Below, in pieces: positions 22,001 to 35,874 of a stretch of 64,000 nucleotides of DNA. The DNA comes from Catajapyx aquilonaris. Lineage: Eukaryota. Within the stretch, counting starts at the first letter, position 1, and each line of letters begins with the position of its first letter. The DNA lies in NCBI GenBank assembly GCA_000934665.2, contig KZ538024.1, positions 1 through 64,000 of the forward strand, read 5' to 3'. The position numbers were made by a program, and so were the translations under genes. The notes below the pieces were generated by a model. The model saw only the letters and a list, made by a program, of their open reading frames with translations. It ran no database searches and was not told the DNA's origin.

Positions 22001-25000
22001 ATTGCCAACAAAACAGGGGGAGCTTCGAGTGACAATGTCCCGGCGACCACCTTGAGAGCTCATTGTGTCCTCCTTTGAAATACAAAGCCTTCCGTGGTGC
22101 GAAGTGCTGTTCCACTAGGCTCGCAGACGCCACCAAGAGAGGGCAAAATAGGAAACGGGGCGCTTTGAAAGGGAAGCTCTACTAATATAGCCCCAGCACA
22201 GATGCCAGGCACGAAGAATGTGGCAGGAAGCCCCACTAATTTCGCTCGTTCGGCTTACAAAGAGCAGTCTGCTATCACAATTACTCACGTCAGGTTTCCA
22301 TACAAACCTATAATGACTCATTTTAATAGGTTACCTTTTTTTTACACCACTGTTATTTGCGTGCTACTTTCCAACATATGACAGGTTTCTTCTGAAGTGT
22401 TTGCACACTTCGCACGTTTTTTGTGTGTGGAAGTTAACAAACTATTGAAGGAAGTGTGCATTGTGTAGGTACTTATATTTTACACTTAAGCGTGTGAAGA
22501 GTTATAGGAAAAATTACTGGCCATAAAATACTTGCACACGATATTTCGTCTGTTGAATGTTTTATGGACCTGAAAATAGGAATGGCTAATGCGAACCCAT
22601 AGATAACGCCACTTCAAGAATTTTAGTTATAGTTTGTGAGAGGAGTTTGTGGAAATGAAATTATTGAAATATACGACTTCACCCATGCGTGATGAAACAG
22701 AAGCATGAGTGCTGAATTTGGTGATCAGGTGGCCGGAATGTTCCGAATATTATTTTTTACGTTTATATTCTCTTGCTCAAAATATTTAATGATGCCCTTA
22801 GTAGGCTCGCCCAGGGTAGCGTACCAGTTCATGGGGCAGTGGTGGTGGAATGCGATCTAGGGAGGCCATTGCCCTCCGTGGTGAAAACATTTTCCCTCCT
22901 GGACTATGGCCGTTTTCCCCTGAAACTCTTCAAAACATGTACGCGCCAGAATGCATATTTTCATCCTAAATTTTAATTTTTTTGACCCCGCCATATATTA
23001 TCTTTATAGGGAGGCGGGAACTCAGCACACCCTATTTGTTCGGTCGCCGCAGTGCAGAGGTATCCATTGCGTTGACACCCCCTCCTTATGTAATTATACA
23101 AGCAGGGTATGGACCCATATACGTGGTAATATCTTAGTGTCCATAAAACTTTCACCACAACTTATTATCCTATCCAGGTAGCACAATCATCGACATTAAA
23201 ATCCTATTTTTGTCATAAATCATATTTATTTTTTGACTCGATTCAATATTATTATTATATTTAATTTCATGTAAAAATGGCAAACTTCGCCAGCTATTAA
23301 AAGGTTTTGACATTTTGAGCTTCTAATTCTAACGACGATTTCTGTAGCATCAACAGTATGCAGTACATCATCAATGAGGCGTAGCGTTGAAATCCTTCCT
23401 GGCAATTTTATCTCCTTTTCAGAAGGAATTTAGAAATGACTGAAAGGCGCATGTAATTATAGGTCTGCAAGCGGCTTGGCTGGATTACGCGTATAGTATG
23501 GCTGCCACTGGGAAATTCCAGGTGTCTGCGGATCATTCCCAGTCATTAATATTGGGGGGGTCTGCTTCCATTAATTACAGCAGAAGCTGAGAACCTATTG
23601 TCTTCAAATATGATGCGAATAAAGCGCCACTTTGGAAAATGGCACCACCCTTGTCAACCCCAAGCATCGGTGATATATAAAGTGGCGTTGAATAGCTGAA
23701 AACCGAGGGCGTGACATCAATTCGACCCTGACAATACCTAAAGATGACCCGACAAGGACTCTTCACTCTGTCGAGCTTCTGTATAGTTGTCACACAGTTA
23801 TAAAACAGATTTGTCCCAACCCCACAGCATCAAGGCTGAAGAGAAAACAAGCTCTGAAACTTCTTCCTGCACTATTTACCAAGAAGCCAGTCGAGTAAGT
23901 GGATTACACCTGAGGTCTCCTCCCAACCCAACCTAACAAATGTGGCTCAATAGAGGACGCCCTATGTCCCAATTTTCTTCGGTTGTGCGACACGAGACCT
24001 AATTGCGATATACAGCACACAGCAATGGTGTCCTCTGGAATCCTTACTTTTTAGGACAGAGTGCTGCTGGGACCTGCGAGTTTGGTGGGCTTCTGGCAGA
24101 ATGGCCAGAGAAGCCTGCAATTTCCGACGGAATAATGCACTGGGTAGGAAACACTTTCAGTTTTTTTACGCCGCCCAACGGACCTCTACACTTTCTCCGA
24201 CCATGCCTATACTGAAACAGCGCTACGCTTCTTCTGATCTATTATTGATGTCGATTCTCGTTTCCTGGATATACAGCTAGCTTGGAAAAAAAACTCTAAG
24301 AAACATTCAATACGAGGCTTTGTACCGTACCAGTGTACTGAATCATTGATGCTGTGCGGTGCATCAGGGAAGAGAAGAGAAAGGTTTACTCGCCTGCATT
24401 GTTTTTATGCAGTTTTCCATCACTCCCTGTGACCGGTTCTACAGTTCTAGAAAAGTAAACCCATACCTGAACGTATATAGGCGCAGATATTGAACTTGGG
24501 CACTGATGTCACTATACCATTAAATCAATGCATTAAATTTTTACATTGTTGCCAGTGTGACGTCAGTATTAACCAATTTCAATTTCCTTACGATGATGCA
24601 AGAGACAATATCCTCACATCTTGATATGAAATACCATTCTGCAGTGTTAGCTGTCTTCCAAGGAGGAGAGGATGAACGAAAGGGTGTGTGCAGAATGCAA
24701 CAATAACAAAAAGGAGGCGGTCATGGTTGTTTTCTCGCAGTGACAGTATGGTGATAGCTATACCAACCCACTGAGACATGTTTTGAAATAGGAAATGTCA
24801 GCCTTTGGAATATAATGACTGTGTAGGCCTATATAGAGCAAGCCCTGTCACTAATCGTGGTTTTTATCAGCAGTATAGAAGACCCGTTGCAGAAAAATTA
24901 CTTTATACTTTTCTCTGATATTTGACATTTGGGATGCTCTAATTACATGAAAACGGTAAAAGATTAGCAAGCATAAATATCCAGATGTGGAATTACAGTA

Positions 25001-25424
25001 GCCTCTGTTACAAAAAAAATACTGCGCCATTTTAAATATATTAAAACACTCATAGTCCTTGTAAACGCATAATTATCTAAACCTGAATATCCTACAGGAT
25101 TTAGGGGGCGATTTTGAGAAGTTATTTCGATGTAGGAGTGTGCTTTTTAGGCATGTTTATGGAACAGATGGGCGTTCTATGCACATAAACATTCCGACCA
25201 CTAATGTGACTTATCATTACGCTTTCAGTCATACAGGTATTTCAACTATACGCGCTAGAGCGGCGTTTCGAGTGTTTCGCGTATGCTATCAGTCCCACTC
25301 AACCACTAGAGTGTAAACTGGCTTATTAAAATGGCATGATCATAGAATGTATGGCTGGAGGTGGTATACTAGCCCATGATCAGTCAACCAATACAGTATA
25401 TTCCTCTCATATGCATTGTCTTTC

Positions 25425-25687
25425 GGGGCGACACGGTGGCCGAGTGGTTAGCGCCGCAGCCTTCCACCTCTAAGGTCCCGAGTTCGATCCCCGGGTCGGA
25501 CGGAGGATACTTATGTGGATAGAGTTTCGATGGGTTCTCTCCGTGTTCGCGTGGGTTTTCTCGGGGTTCTCCCGTTTCCTCCCACTATCAAAATCCATCA
25601 CATTTCAGGCAAATGATTAAAGTCGGTTTTCAAAAGATGATCCCCTAAGAGGCCCAAGGGGCCTATCACGGAGTATCCATTATTATT
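25425..25687 (+). mobile_element. tRNA-derived SINE with V-domain-like (HE1/DANA-type) core and 16-bp TSD
   Basis: A box TGGCCGAGTGG, B box AGTTCGATCCC, core GTTCTCTCCGTGTTCGCGTGGGTTTTCTCGGGGTTCTCCCGTTTCCTCCCAC, (ATT)n tail. TSD ATATGCATTGTCTTTC at 25409-25424 and 25688-25703. Confidence 0.92.
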
Positions 25688-28600
25688 ATATGCATTGTCT
25701 TTCATATTATATAGCCTAATGATAATAAATGCAATGGTAGACTATAGTCAAGTAAAGAATAATGTTATGTTATCATTAACTTGAAGAACTGCACTTCAGA
25801 ATGATCATAGAAGTAAAATAATTATTTCTGTGGAAGTTTGATGTTTTAAGATTACATTAGGCCTATCCCTTATTTTCAGCCCTATGCTATCAAAATCTAC
25901 CTCTGATCACTCTGCAAGGCTTAACTTGTAACGTACTGTACTAAAATGCAGAACTAGGCTGGTAATTAGGCACGATTCTTCTATATATAGTATACTGCCG
26001 GCTTAACGGAAATTAAAAAGTCTAAGCTGCAATTTGGTGACGGCCAGAATAGCTGAGAACAAGTTAGAATCAAAGTTGGCTATAAGTCTGGGCTTACATT
26101 TTTGATGAGTGGCGTCCCACCTAAGCTGCTAGAAACCTGTCAGCGTCATTTGTCCACGCCAATAAGTTATAATCAGGATTATCAGCAACAAACAATTACC
26201 AGCTCTATATGCAATATTATGCACAAGCAATGTTTCGTGCCACCTGAGCATGCCGACCTGTCTAAAGTGAAACATTGGCCTAGCCAGAAGAGCAACAAGT
26301 TCATCACGTCAGCCAAATTAAAACCTCTTACAGCAACAGCAAATGCTCACAACATATCTTCAAACAGTCAATTGCTCCACTGTCTGTCACCAATCACGTC
26401 ACACCAATTAGAGGCACATACATGGCATAAGGAAAAGTCGAAATTGACCTTTTCATGACCTGGTCCCCATGCCTGACTATGTCTACGTGCCAACTGCACG
26501 TTAGCGCACTACAGAAAAATTGATTCCGTTGTCAGCTCACGCTATTATCTAGACGTACCATCATCAGTTATTGTCAATCACTTCAAGGCCTACCTGTCAG
26601 ACGCTAAACAAATCTTTTCCAGCAATTCATTTTCTCAGAAAAAAAAGAACCAGGAACTCATTTTTTTGTTACCCGTCGCGCAGGGCAAACGGGACGCAGA
26701 CAGATGATCACATGCACAGATCGCAACCAACGGACAGTAGCTTTCATTCACTCACGCAGTTGGCAGTGTTACACTAGACTGCTATCTAGATTCCAGAACA
26801 GCGTGTGGATATATAGCCACATTTCCTGGATATAAAAAATGTGGAATGGGGCAATGTTGCCGAAATTATTGATCAGCTTACTCCTGGTTATCGACAGGGG
26901 GGTTATATCAATTATTGTTTAGCTTTCCAAGAAATGGTCAAGTGTATGCGCGTCATAGAACAGAGCAAATCAATAGTGCTGCCCATCAGTATGACCACAA
27001 CCACTTTGGACAAAACCGCATCACCATGACACTGAATTACACTTAAATGAAATACAGGACAACGTTAAACACATGTGTGCAGGTCACACTAATTGAATCT
27101 ATATTCTGATGTTTGTTGGAGGCTTACCCAAACAGTGTGACACACTCCTGCCGACCATGTTAAAATATGGGATAATTTAGGCAAATATACAGCCGGTATC
27201 TAGGGACCGCCTTTATCGGGAACTGTACTGATCCGGCACATGGAGATTTTGAGGGGGAATTGCCTGATTGATATCCCAGTCCTGGGTGTCCATGTCGACC
27301 GATGAAAACGTGTCGACTTTCCGTTTTGCCAGGCTTAGGAACGGGACTATATTTTTATCAAATACGGGGACGGTCCGGGACTGATAGTAGACCCAGGAGG
27401 GATTAGAGACACCCATGACATTAATTAATGCCAAGTCGTATGAAGTTTGTGCTGGCAGAAGCGTGTGCTAGTGTTGAACCAAAAGATGGCGCAGATTGAA
27501 AAGAGCCTCATTATCACCACCTGTTGTCACCAGCACCACCCATCTTTGAAAGCAAAGCTCCCATTTCTGCACCCAACAGCCGACAACTCGATGAGTTTCC
27601 AATAAAGACACCTAAGCTTCCTTAAATGCAAACAGGGCAATGCAAATCAACTGATCGGGAATGGACAATACCCTTCAAGGCCTTCTAGAAATTCCATTTC
27701 CAAACGCAGTTCCCCCCCCCCCCNCCCCCCCCCCCCCTCAAAGTTCCCTTCTTTTTTCCTCCTGTTACCAAGACCCAGGAAGCTGGCAGTCAATAAAAAG
27801 TAAGGGGGGTTAGTCCCAGGCATCTTCTCTCTTCCCTTTGTGACAAGGCGAGTAGGCCAGAGATGCTGTAATTGCATACCTCTGTCACGCCCCTGAGAAA
27901 TGGAACTGGGGGAAGGATGGGGAAGGTAGAGGAGGAGTAGGGGAGGGCACCCGTTCCTGCTTGATATTGCCAGATCGAGGACCCCACTTGGCAAGAGCCA
28001 GCTGCGGTTCTATTCGGACTTGGATGCCTCCAGGATGAAATGCATGCCGATTCGACTGGACGTTATTTCCCACGTCGATATATATATTCTTTTTGCACAT
28101 TGCGGGTGTGGCTAAGACTAACCACAGAGCATGGGTTTGGGTCGGCTCAATTGTAAGGCAAGTTAAGCGAAATTGTCAGTTCCTGGGTAGTAAGAACTAT
28201 TGACTAATTTATTGCGACTCATTATATAGAATTTCTCTCAAACTTTGCTTTTGTCACCACAACAGTGTCACACTGTTTTCTCATTGGAAACAACTTGTTT
28301 TGAAATTGTTGCACATTCCCCTTCACTTACAGTAAGAAAAAAAAACACATATGAATCAAAAGTAACATTCATTACAGCGAATGACAAGAAAATGATTAAA
28401 ACTGAGTAGGCTTAGCTTTAGATATTTACGAATAGTGCCACCATTGTAAATCACAGTTGTAGAAAATAGGTGCCATTTTATATGGACCTACTTTAAAAGC
28501 ACAAAACACGGTATAGAAACAAAAAAAAAAATACATGGTGTAATGGGTACATAGCCACATAATCACTAATACCAAGGACCAAGTACAAGCCTGAATGCCT

Positions 28601-31225
28601 GGAAGATTGTGGTCTCCTACGTTACATTACAAGTGAAAAATAGCCGTTCTTGGTGGCTGCTTATTGTTAAAGAATAACAACCGCCAGGCATTCCTTGCGC
28701 AAACAAAAATATTAATCAACCGTTATGAAACGCTCCGGCCCGGATTTTTCCACGGAATGAGAGGGGGGGGGAGGCTAAGGAGGGAAAACCGGAAAGGGAG
28801 GGGGGGGGGGCTTCTCACATAGCTTCCTTGTTTCATTAATCTTCCCCTGGGGAAAAGCTGTGACTTGCGCCTTTATTTCTCATGCAAAGAGATTCAGTTT
28901 TCGGCACCTTATTCGCCCGAGTTGAGCTCGCGCGAGCGTGCCAGCAGACAGACGCTCTCAACTATATACAACTACCCGACTGGAAAAAAAGGAATTCATT
29001 ATGAAAGCCTGTCCTCCGCATTTCTACTCGCCCGGAATTCAGCTTCTGTCGCGTGTTGTGTAAGTGACGAGAATTGTACGAGCTTGCATTGCGACTTTCT
29101 AGAGTCAGGGGAGTCGCATATTCATTATTATCGAACTGGTTCGAATTAAGTTTTCTCTTCAAATCGTTGCATAACTTATATATTATTTGCGCTGGAGTGA
29201 ATTTATAGGATTATCTATGGAGGGGTGTCATCAAAGGACCTGGTTGCGTGCTAAATATCCGTAGCAGAGAATGGTAAAGCGGCGTTCATTATGTGCGTAT
29301 ATGGGGAGGGGTTTATGTGGGGCGCACGGCTTATTTAAAATTACAAAGTGTCATTTACATGTCGGCGCTCATGGGAGTTTTGTGAAATGTAAACAGGAAC
29401 GGATTTGGTGTACACAGCGAGCACCGCGAGTTGCAAACATCAACTTTTAAACAGGCCGCTAATGAGTCCCAAGTGGTCTTGTCACCATACGCTCCATTTA
29501 TAAGCCTCGCACGTAAACGCTCGGGGATAAAAATCGTTGAAATGGTTTTCATCAATTTCATGCATGCTCCTACACCTCGCTTCTTTTTAAAAAAAAGTCT
29601 ACAATTCAATGTGCTGTTTTCTGCAATGTCGAAAGAGCGTACTGTAATACAAAGTGTGGCTACTGCACAATCTCATTACCTATGAATTGTCTATAGTACC
29701 TGTGCAGTATTATGTACAGTGATTTAAAGTAAATAATTTCCAGACTGGAAAAGCAGTTTATAAAATATTCAATGCAAATTTTGCTTCGATCAAACAGAGA
29801 CTTCGACCTCTGGAAGTATTTGGTGGCATAATTTCATAAGGTTGAACTTTCCAGTCTCATTTCTTCTAAATTAATATAATGACACAATGAAAAAATTACT
29901 GCATAATTATTGAAACAATCTACAGGGTGGCCACGAATGTTTAAATTGCAGTTTACATTTGAACGCCCCTTGCATTTATCATATTTATTAACTACAATCA
30001 CACCGTACGCACCCCGATAATGATTAAAAATCACTTAACACCCAAAATTAAAGCATACCCAAATTAATGCATTCTAATGAGTGTTTTAAAATTATTTAAC
30101 ACCTACCAAATTTCTGGTAACGTAGCCCATAACTTCCCCTTCGGTCCACTTGGCTCAAAAAGGTGACCCCCATTTCCCCTCCCACCCCTTCTTCTCTCTC
30201 CTGCAAGGGGAGGGAGGGGGGGGGGATTCCCTTCTGAATGCAAATTGCTACTGTTAGCTCTCGGAAAGGAGCTGCCGAGCGGAGCTGTTAATTTGGAGCC
30301 GAAGGCAGCGAGTGTTCCGGAAATCAAAATGAAGCTCACACTCCCCCGTCTTGTATGTTGCCATATGGCGCCCCGGGCCAAGGCAACTTGTCTGTATTGT
30401 ATTTGCACACTGACTTATTCACAAGAGGGAAGGGGGGAAAGTTGCAAGGGGGCATGATGGGGGTTGGAAGGAGGTGGGGGAAGTTGAACCCAGGGACTAT
30501 AGGGTCGACGGCACCGATTCTTAGTTCCCCTCCGGTCTAGATTTTGCATATCATTCGAATTCCAAACTCTGGAGTATTATTTTCATCTCATTAGCACATT
30601 TACCAGCAATTATTAAGTTTTCAGGGATGCCCCCTGGAAAACAGTGTTTGTGTTATGGAGTACCGGTAGTTCTCATTTTTTTTTGTATGCACTAACCAGA
30701 GTGGGGTTTTGATACACATGTTTGGTGCAATTTTATCGGTTAGAGCAGTTGTAATTTATTGCGGAGCTCACTAGTAATTTCGACTCATGTTTCGAGTAAT
30801 AAACTTTTCCACAACCCGGACAACCACCGCGATTACAATCACTCGGATTCCGCCCATTTGTTATTATTTTTTATGCGGAACTGTGGTTTTGCGATGGATA
30901 GTGCTATCGGTTTTAATATGGACTGCTCATTTGCTGAAAAATAACCAATTATTGGAATTATTGCTAACTGCTCAAACGAAATTAAGAGAACAACGCGCAA
31001 CTCTGAAAGGACGTCATAATTTTGAGCAAATGTCAACTATGAAGGGTGTCAACACAAAATGTACTAGACAACAAAGTGCATTCAAATGTGATTTCAGTTA
31101 TCAACATTTTTGCCTAAAAACAACGACACTGAATTAAACTACAGGTGTGTGAAGGGCGTGAATGACATAATAATGCTTCATTTTAAGAAATAGGAACCTT
31201 TATATTAGTACAGTAATTATTAATA

Positions 31226-31566
31226 ATAATCCTGGGTAGTGCTTTCACCCTATTTGGATCTATCGCACGGACCTTTATTTAACCCTTCGTGGGCACATAG
31301 TACATGGTACCTATTTAGTGTAACGCCCGGGCCCACGGGCAGGATGACTAGGAGGGGATGTGCAAAGTGCAGTGCAATGTCGGGGGTGAGGTCATTTTGT
31401 GAACTCCCCGGGTGGTTGGTCTAAGCTCTAAGGAGTCCCACCCGAGACTAAGCCAGAGATGGCCCTAACTCTGCACTAGATGAAGGGAGTAACCCCGGGC
31501 TGGGCTCGAACCCGGGACCTTCACATCCATGGGCGCGTGCGTTACCGCAGCGCCATTCCATCTCCC
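31226..31566 (-). mobile_element. tRNA-derived SINE (same family as 42546-42975)
   Basis: Minus strand GGGAGATGGAATGGCGCTGCGG...GGTTCGAGCCC; body shared with the 42.5-kb copy; ATT-rich tail. Direct repeat AGTAATTATTAATA at 31212-31225 and 31572-31585. Confidence 0.88.
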
Positions 31567-34500
31567 TTATTAGTAATTATTAATAGATATGTGCTACATT
31601 TTTGTCATTGAATGTCTTATACATCGCTGATTACCTTTTTTCGAAAGAAATTGCATGTTAATTTTTTATTTTGTTCGTTACGTTTGTAATATGTACAGTA
31701 CTCAAGCAAATATAGCCTTCATCAATAAGTATCTGGGTAATTTTTCCGAAATTTTCAAATTGACACTTGCATATTATTTGCTCAGACTAGAACCATCACT
31801 GGATTTTACTTATTGCATTTATGTCCTTTTTCATGCTCAGAAGCCTCCACAACTGGTATTTCGTTATCAAGAAGCATGCAACTAATTGCGTACAGGCCGA
31901 AAGTAAATTAGTTGAGCAGCGTTGCGATTCATCTAACAAGAGCATAACTCCCAACATTCTTCAGCGGCCATTATTATCCTTAGTTCGCAATAGTTCCCAG
32001 CACCAGACTATTTCGTCACTGTTGTCAATTACTGTGAGAGGAGAGCTGGGCCTTTTTCCACCCCCAGATAACCTCCGTTGCAGCCACTTTACGTTCGCAC
32101 CCGCTCAAATACATTTGGATCTGAGCAATTGGAGCCAGGAATTCCAAGCACGATAATGAAACGAGAGCTCCGGGAAGCTCAAGGACCACGATAATTCCCT
32201 GAATGGTGCGCCTCATTTAAGGGTATTCCCGAAACTTGCAACGAAATTTCCAACAAATGCCATTCGAAAACCTAACCTAACAATAATTCGCACGCTTCCC
32301 CCCCCCCCCCCCNCCATCTCAACAATAATAAAAATTAACACAAAAAAAATCGCACACAAAAAAATATCTGCTGTGTACAGATCCAGAATGAATGGCACCA
32401 CAATTGTGTTGGTTCCTCCCAAGCAGTAGTGAGTTCCGCCCCACAATCGTCAAGGAGGCACGATAATTAGCATGGGTTGGGCTTCCCCCCCAAAAAAAAA
32501 TTTGAGGGAGAAGATGGTAAAGGAAAGGTTGTCATTGGCCCGTCCTCACTTTTCCCCACAGGATAAATGAGCGGGTGGTAGGGGAGGGAGGTGAAAAAGG
32601 AAACTAATGTCCTCCTCCCCCTAAAAGTGATGATGAACGGCCACGCTCCTTTTTCTCCCAGCTTGCTTCCTGCTGCTGTTATTCATTCCTGGGATGGCTG
32701 CGGATGATGATTTCAAGCCTCAGATTGGTGGCAGCAGCCATAAGTTTCGTCAGCCCCTGAGCTTGCCACCAGCTTTGTTCCCAAAAATTAATGAAACATA
32801 CTTTGAGAGAGGGGTGGAAAAAAATATGTGGAGAGAAAAATAGTACTTACTTTCTCAACTCAACATGTCTTGCAAAAAGAACCATTGCTGAGAGTAGATT
32901 TTATGTGGTCATAAATGGGGGGGTCGTAACATTGACAAAAATATCTATTTCTGCACCTCACCCATCAGCAGAATCAAGAGAGCGGGTAATAACCCAAGCT
33001 AGTCTGGAGCATCTTCGTCGAGGCAATTAGCATGTGATAAATTTTCTTCTAGAAGCAATTTACGTCATCAATTAGATACTCGTATCTTTAGACGCTCCAC
33101 ATTCCCACGGTTCTTTTGAGAATATGCGCCAGTCCTCCTTGCCCATTTGTCTTTGCCATATGGCAACCACACACAACCACTGCCTTCTTGGCGACCGGGT
33201 CTCTCTAAAACTCATTGCAGCTTCATCATAGCTGTCATCAACAAAAATGATGCCCATCCCAACACACTTTTTATCAGCTTCGGCATACCCCATGGTATGA
33301 GACCTATGGGGTGGAGCAAGAGGGCCGGGGGGTCGCCAATTTAAAAACTCCTGAAAAGTGAACCCGGTCCTAAACATAGACCACAAGCAACCAGAAACAG
33401 AGGCTATCCAATTTTCAACACGTGTGTGCCGGGGTAAAAAGAAAAGGGCGGCTGGTAGCTGCGGAAATTGAGAGATTCCTTCCAGACTAGGAATGCGAAC
33501 CTCAGCCTGACACTTGTCAACGGCTTCGGGGGGAGACCACGAGGCCTTATTCGTATTTCCTTCTCTCCAAAAGATGCCATTTCCACCTATCCCTCCAGAC
33601 CGTGTTTGACTCGTTCCAGGGAAAAGTGTCGACTTGTCTCTTCGGAATCATTGCGCATGTCGGCAGTTTGAGCCTACTAAACAACAATGCGTCAAGGAGA
33701 CAGAGAATCGTTTCGCAGTCTCCTAAAAGTGAAGATCTCCTTTTCTCCCAAGTGCTCTAGTGTCAATATTAGGCAAGCGGATGGACGACTGCTGAGGAAG
33801 AAGTCAGAGGAGAGTGTTACAACCTGGTATAGAACTGAACTGGTGGATGAATAATGAACGAATGAAGGACCAGAAATGTACTGTAGAACGATCATATTTT
33901 GGTCTAAATTGAGTGAGTGTGTAATAATACTGTAGTACTCTCGAAGGACTCTAAGGGCCAAGGCGTGCAGTTTTCTAATTACTGTATCATAGTGAAATGT
34001 TTTAGGAATGCCATAATGATCCATCAAACCTATCACAAATAAACTATTATTGATCAAACAAACCCTTAAAAATTACAGCATTAATACAAACAGTAAAAAC
34101 TAACGTAACATAATTATATGCAGAGCGTTCCAGTGTAGCGACTTTATTTAGAAAACAATTTTTTCGGAGAATTGGATTTTGGATTTTTAAAATATGCCTT
34201 TGATGAACTATTGACGAAAAAGGAATTTTTAATTTTTTAACATTTGCTTTAACCAATGACGAAACGTCGCTCATAGTTGTCTTCATAACAATTAATTGGA
34301 AGTTGCATAATTTGTGTGTTACGTGTCCAGTTAATAAGTTTTTAACAACATTATTCCAATGTAAAGCTGATTCCCCTGTAATTTAGGTTTTAAAATATTT
34401 TCGCCACCGTGTTACAGCAATTTTCATCACCTCATCCCTCTGACGCGACATCTAGTGGTCATATTCCACAATGAGAATCCTCGCCTGCAGCTTCAGGCAG

Positions 34501-35656
34501 CGAAACAAACTTGGCCCCGACAATGCAAGCCGGCTAAAGTTGCTCAGGCGACAAGTAAGGACATGAGTCGGCACAAAGTGAAAATATATGGCGACCTAAC
34601 GACCCGCCAGCTTATCTCCATAAGGGGAGTCGAAACGGCTTTAAGGGATAATTATTATTTTATGCGAGGCTTTATGAAGATGACTCGGCACAGCTCGTTT
34701 TCATAAGGTAATAAGAACTCTTCATCCCCCTCCGTGCTTCAGGAAAATTCTGGAGATCTCTTCTCGAAGCGTTAGATTCGCCATTTCGGCAGGATAATAT
34801 TGGGGTTTTTTTCCCCTCGCCTATTCAGTTACTACCTCACTTTTCCTAGCTCGACACGCTCTCCACGTTTTTTCCTCAATTTTTAGGAAACTGCATAACC
34901 CTTCCTCATACTAGCGAAAAAATCAGCAGCAATTCGCGAGTGAAAATTTCCCTCCCCAGGCTGCTCCAGTTCACACCACAAAACTGGTTCGTTTTATTTC
35001 CAGGGTGGCCCCCGCTCTTGAATTATGCTGCCATTACTTGTGTGCTGTCAAAACATAACGTCTGCAAAATTCCCCCTAATGCGCGTAAATTTCTGCTTAT
35101 GGAAACACTTTTTATTTCCGCATCGGGAATGCACACCTCACTGTTAGATTTTCATTACAAGTTAATTACCTCGTTCCGGACCATACACACCGTTCTTCAC
35201 CGCTACATACAAAATTACCGGCAATTAATCTCACTTGTACTAGTCTCCAGGGTTGTTACCCCCATCCCAACCCTTCAGCCTTCCTACCTCTCTCTCTCGG
35301 TACCTAAAAAAAATGGACATCTCCCAGGTGAAACTCATCTCCCCAACACCAACCTGACCCAAATTAGCCCAACTTTTTATGATAACGCCAATCCCTGCGG
35401 ATCAAATTCCAGTTAGGCTCCATCGCAGGACAATATTAAAGCCGGCCCATACGAGAGCCTTATTAAAGGCAGTGGATGTTAGCCGCCTTGAACTTTCACG
35501 CTCTTCATCACTTCTGTAGAAAGGCGCTTGCTCTGGAGCCTAATTTGGTTGCGAATAATGCTCTTCATTTATTATAATCAAGGCTCTTATGCTACGCAGA
35601 GCCCGGACTTCTGGTTGCGCAGTATGTGCCTACAACCATATGACGTCATGCATATA

Positions 35657-35874
35657 CAGGGTGTTCCAAATTCGTGGGTCGTTTTGTAATAACTGATATA
35701 GTCTGATAGCAGTTATTTTTGTAACATTTTGTGCCCCTAACCATGTGCCCCATTCTATAGTAACTGCTATATTCGACACCATGGGAGTAATTGGGCAAAA
35801 CAAGCTACACAAAAGTAGCTACTTTCGGGCGATATCAGTTATAAAAAAACGACCCACGAATTTGGAATACCCTG
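35657..35874. mobile_element. Tc1/mariner-type MITE
   Basis: TA|CAGGGTGTTCCAAATTCGTGGGTCGTTTT ... AAAACGACCCACGAATTTGGAATACCCTG|TA; TIR of at least 43 bp. Confidence 0.92.
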
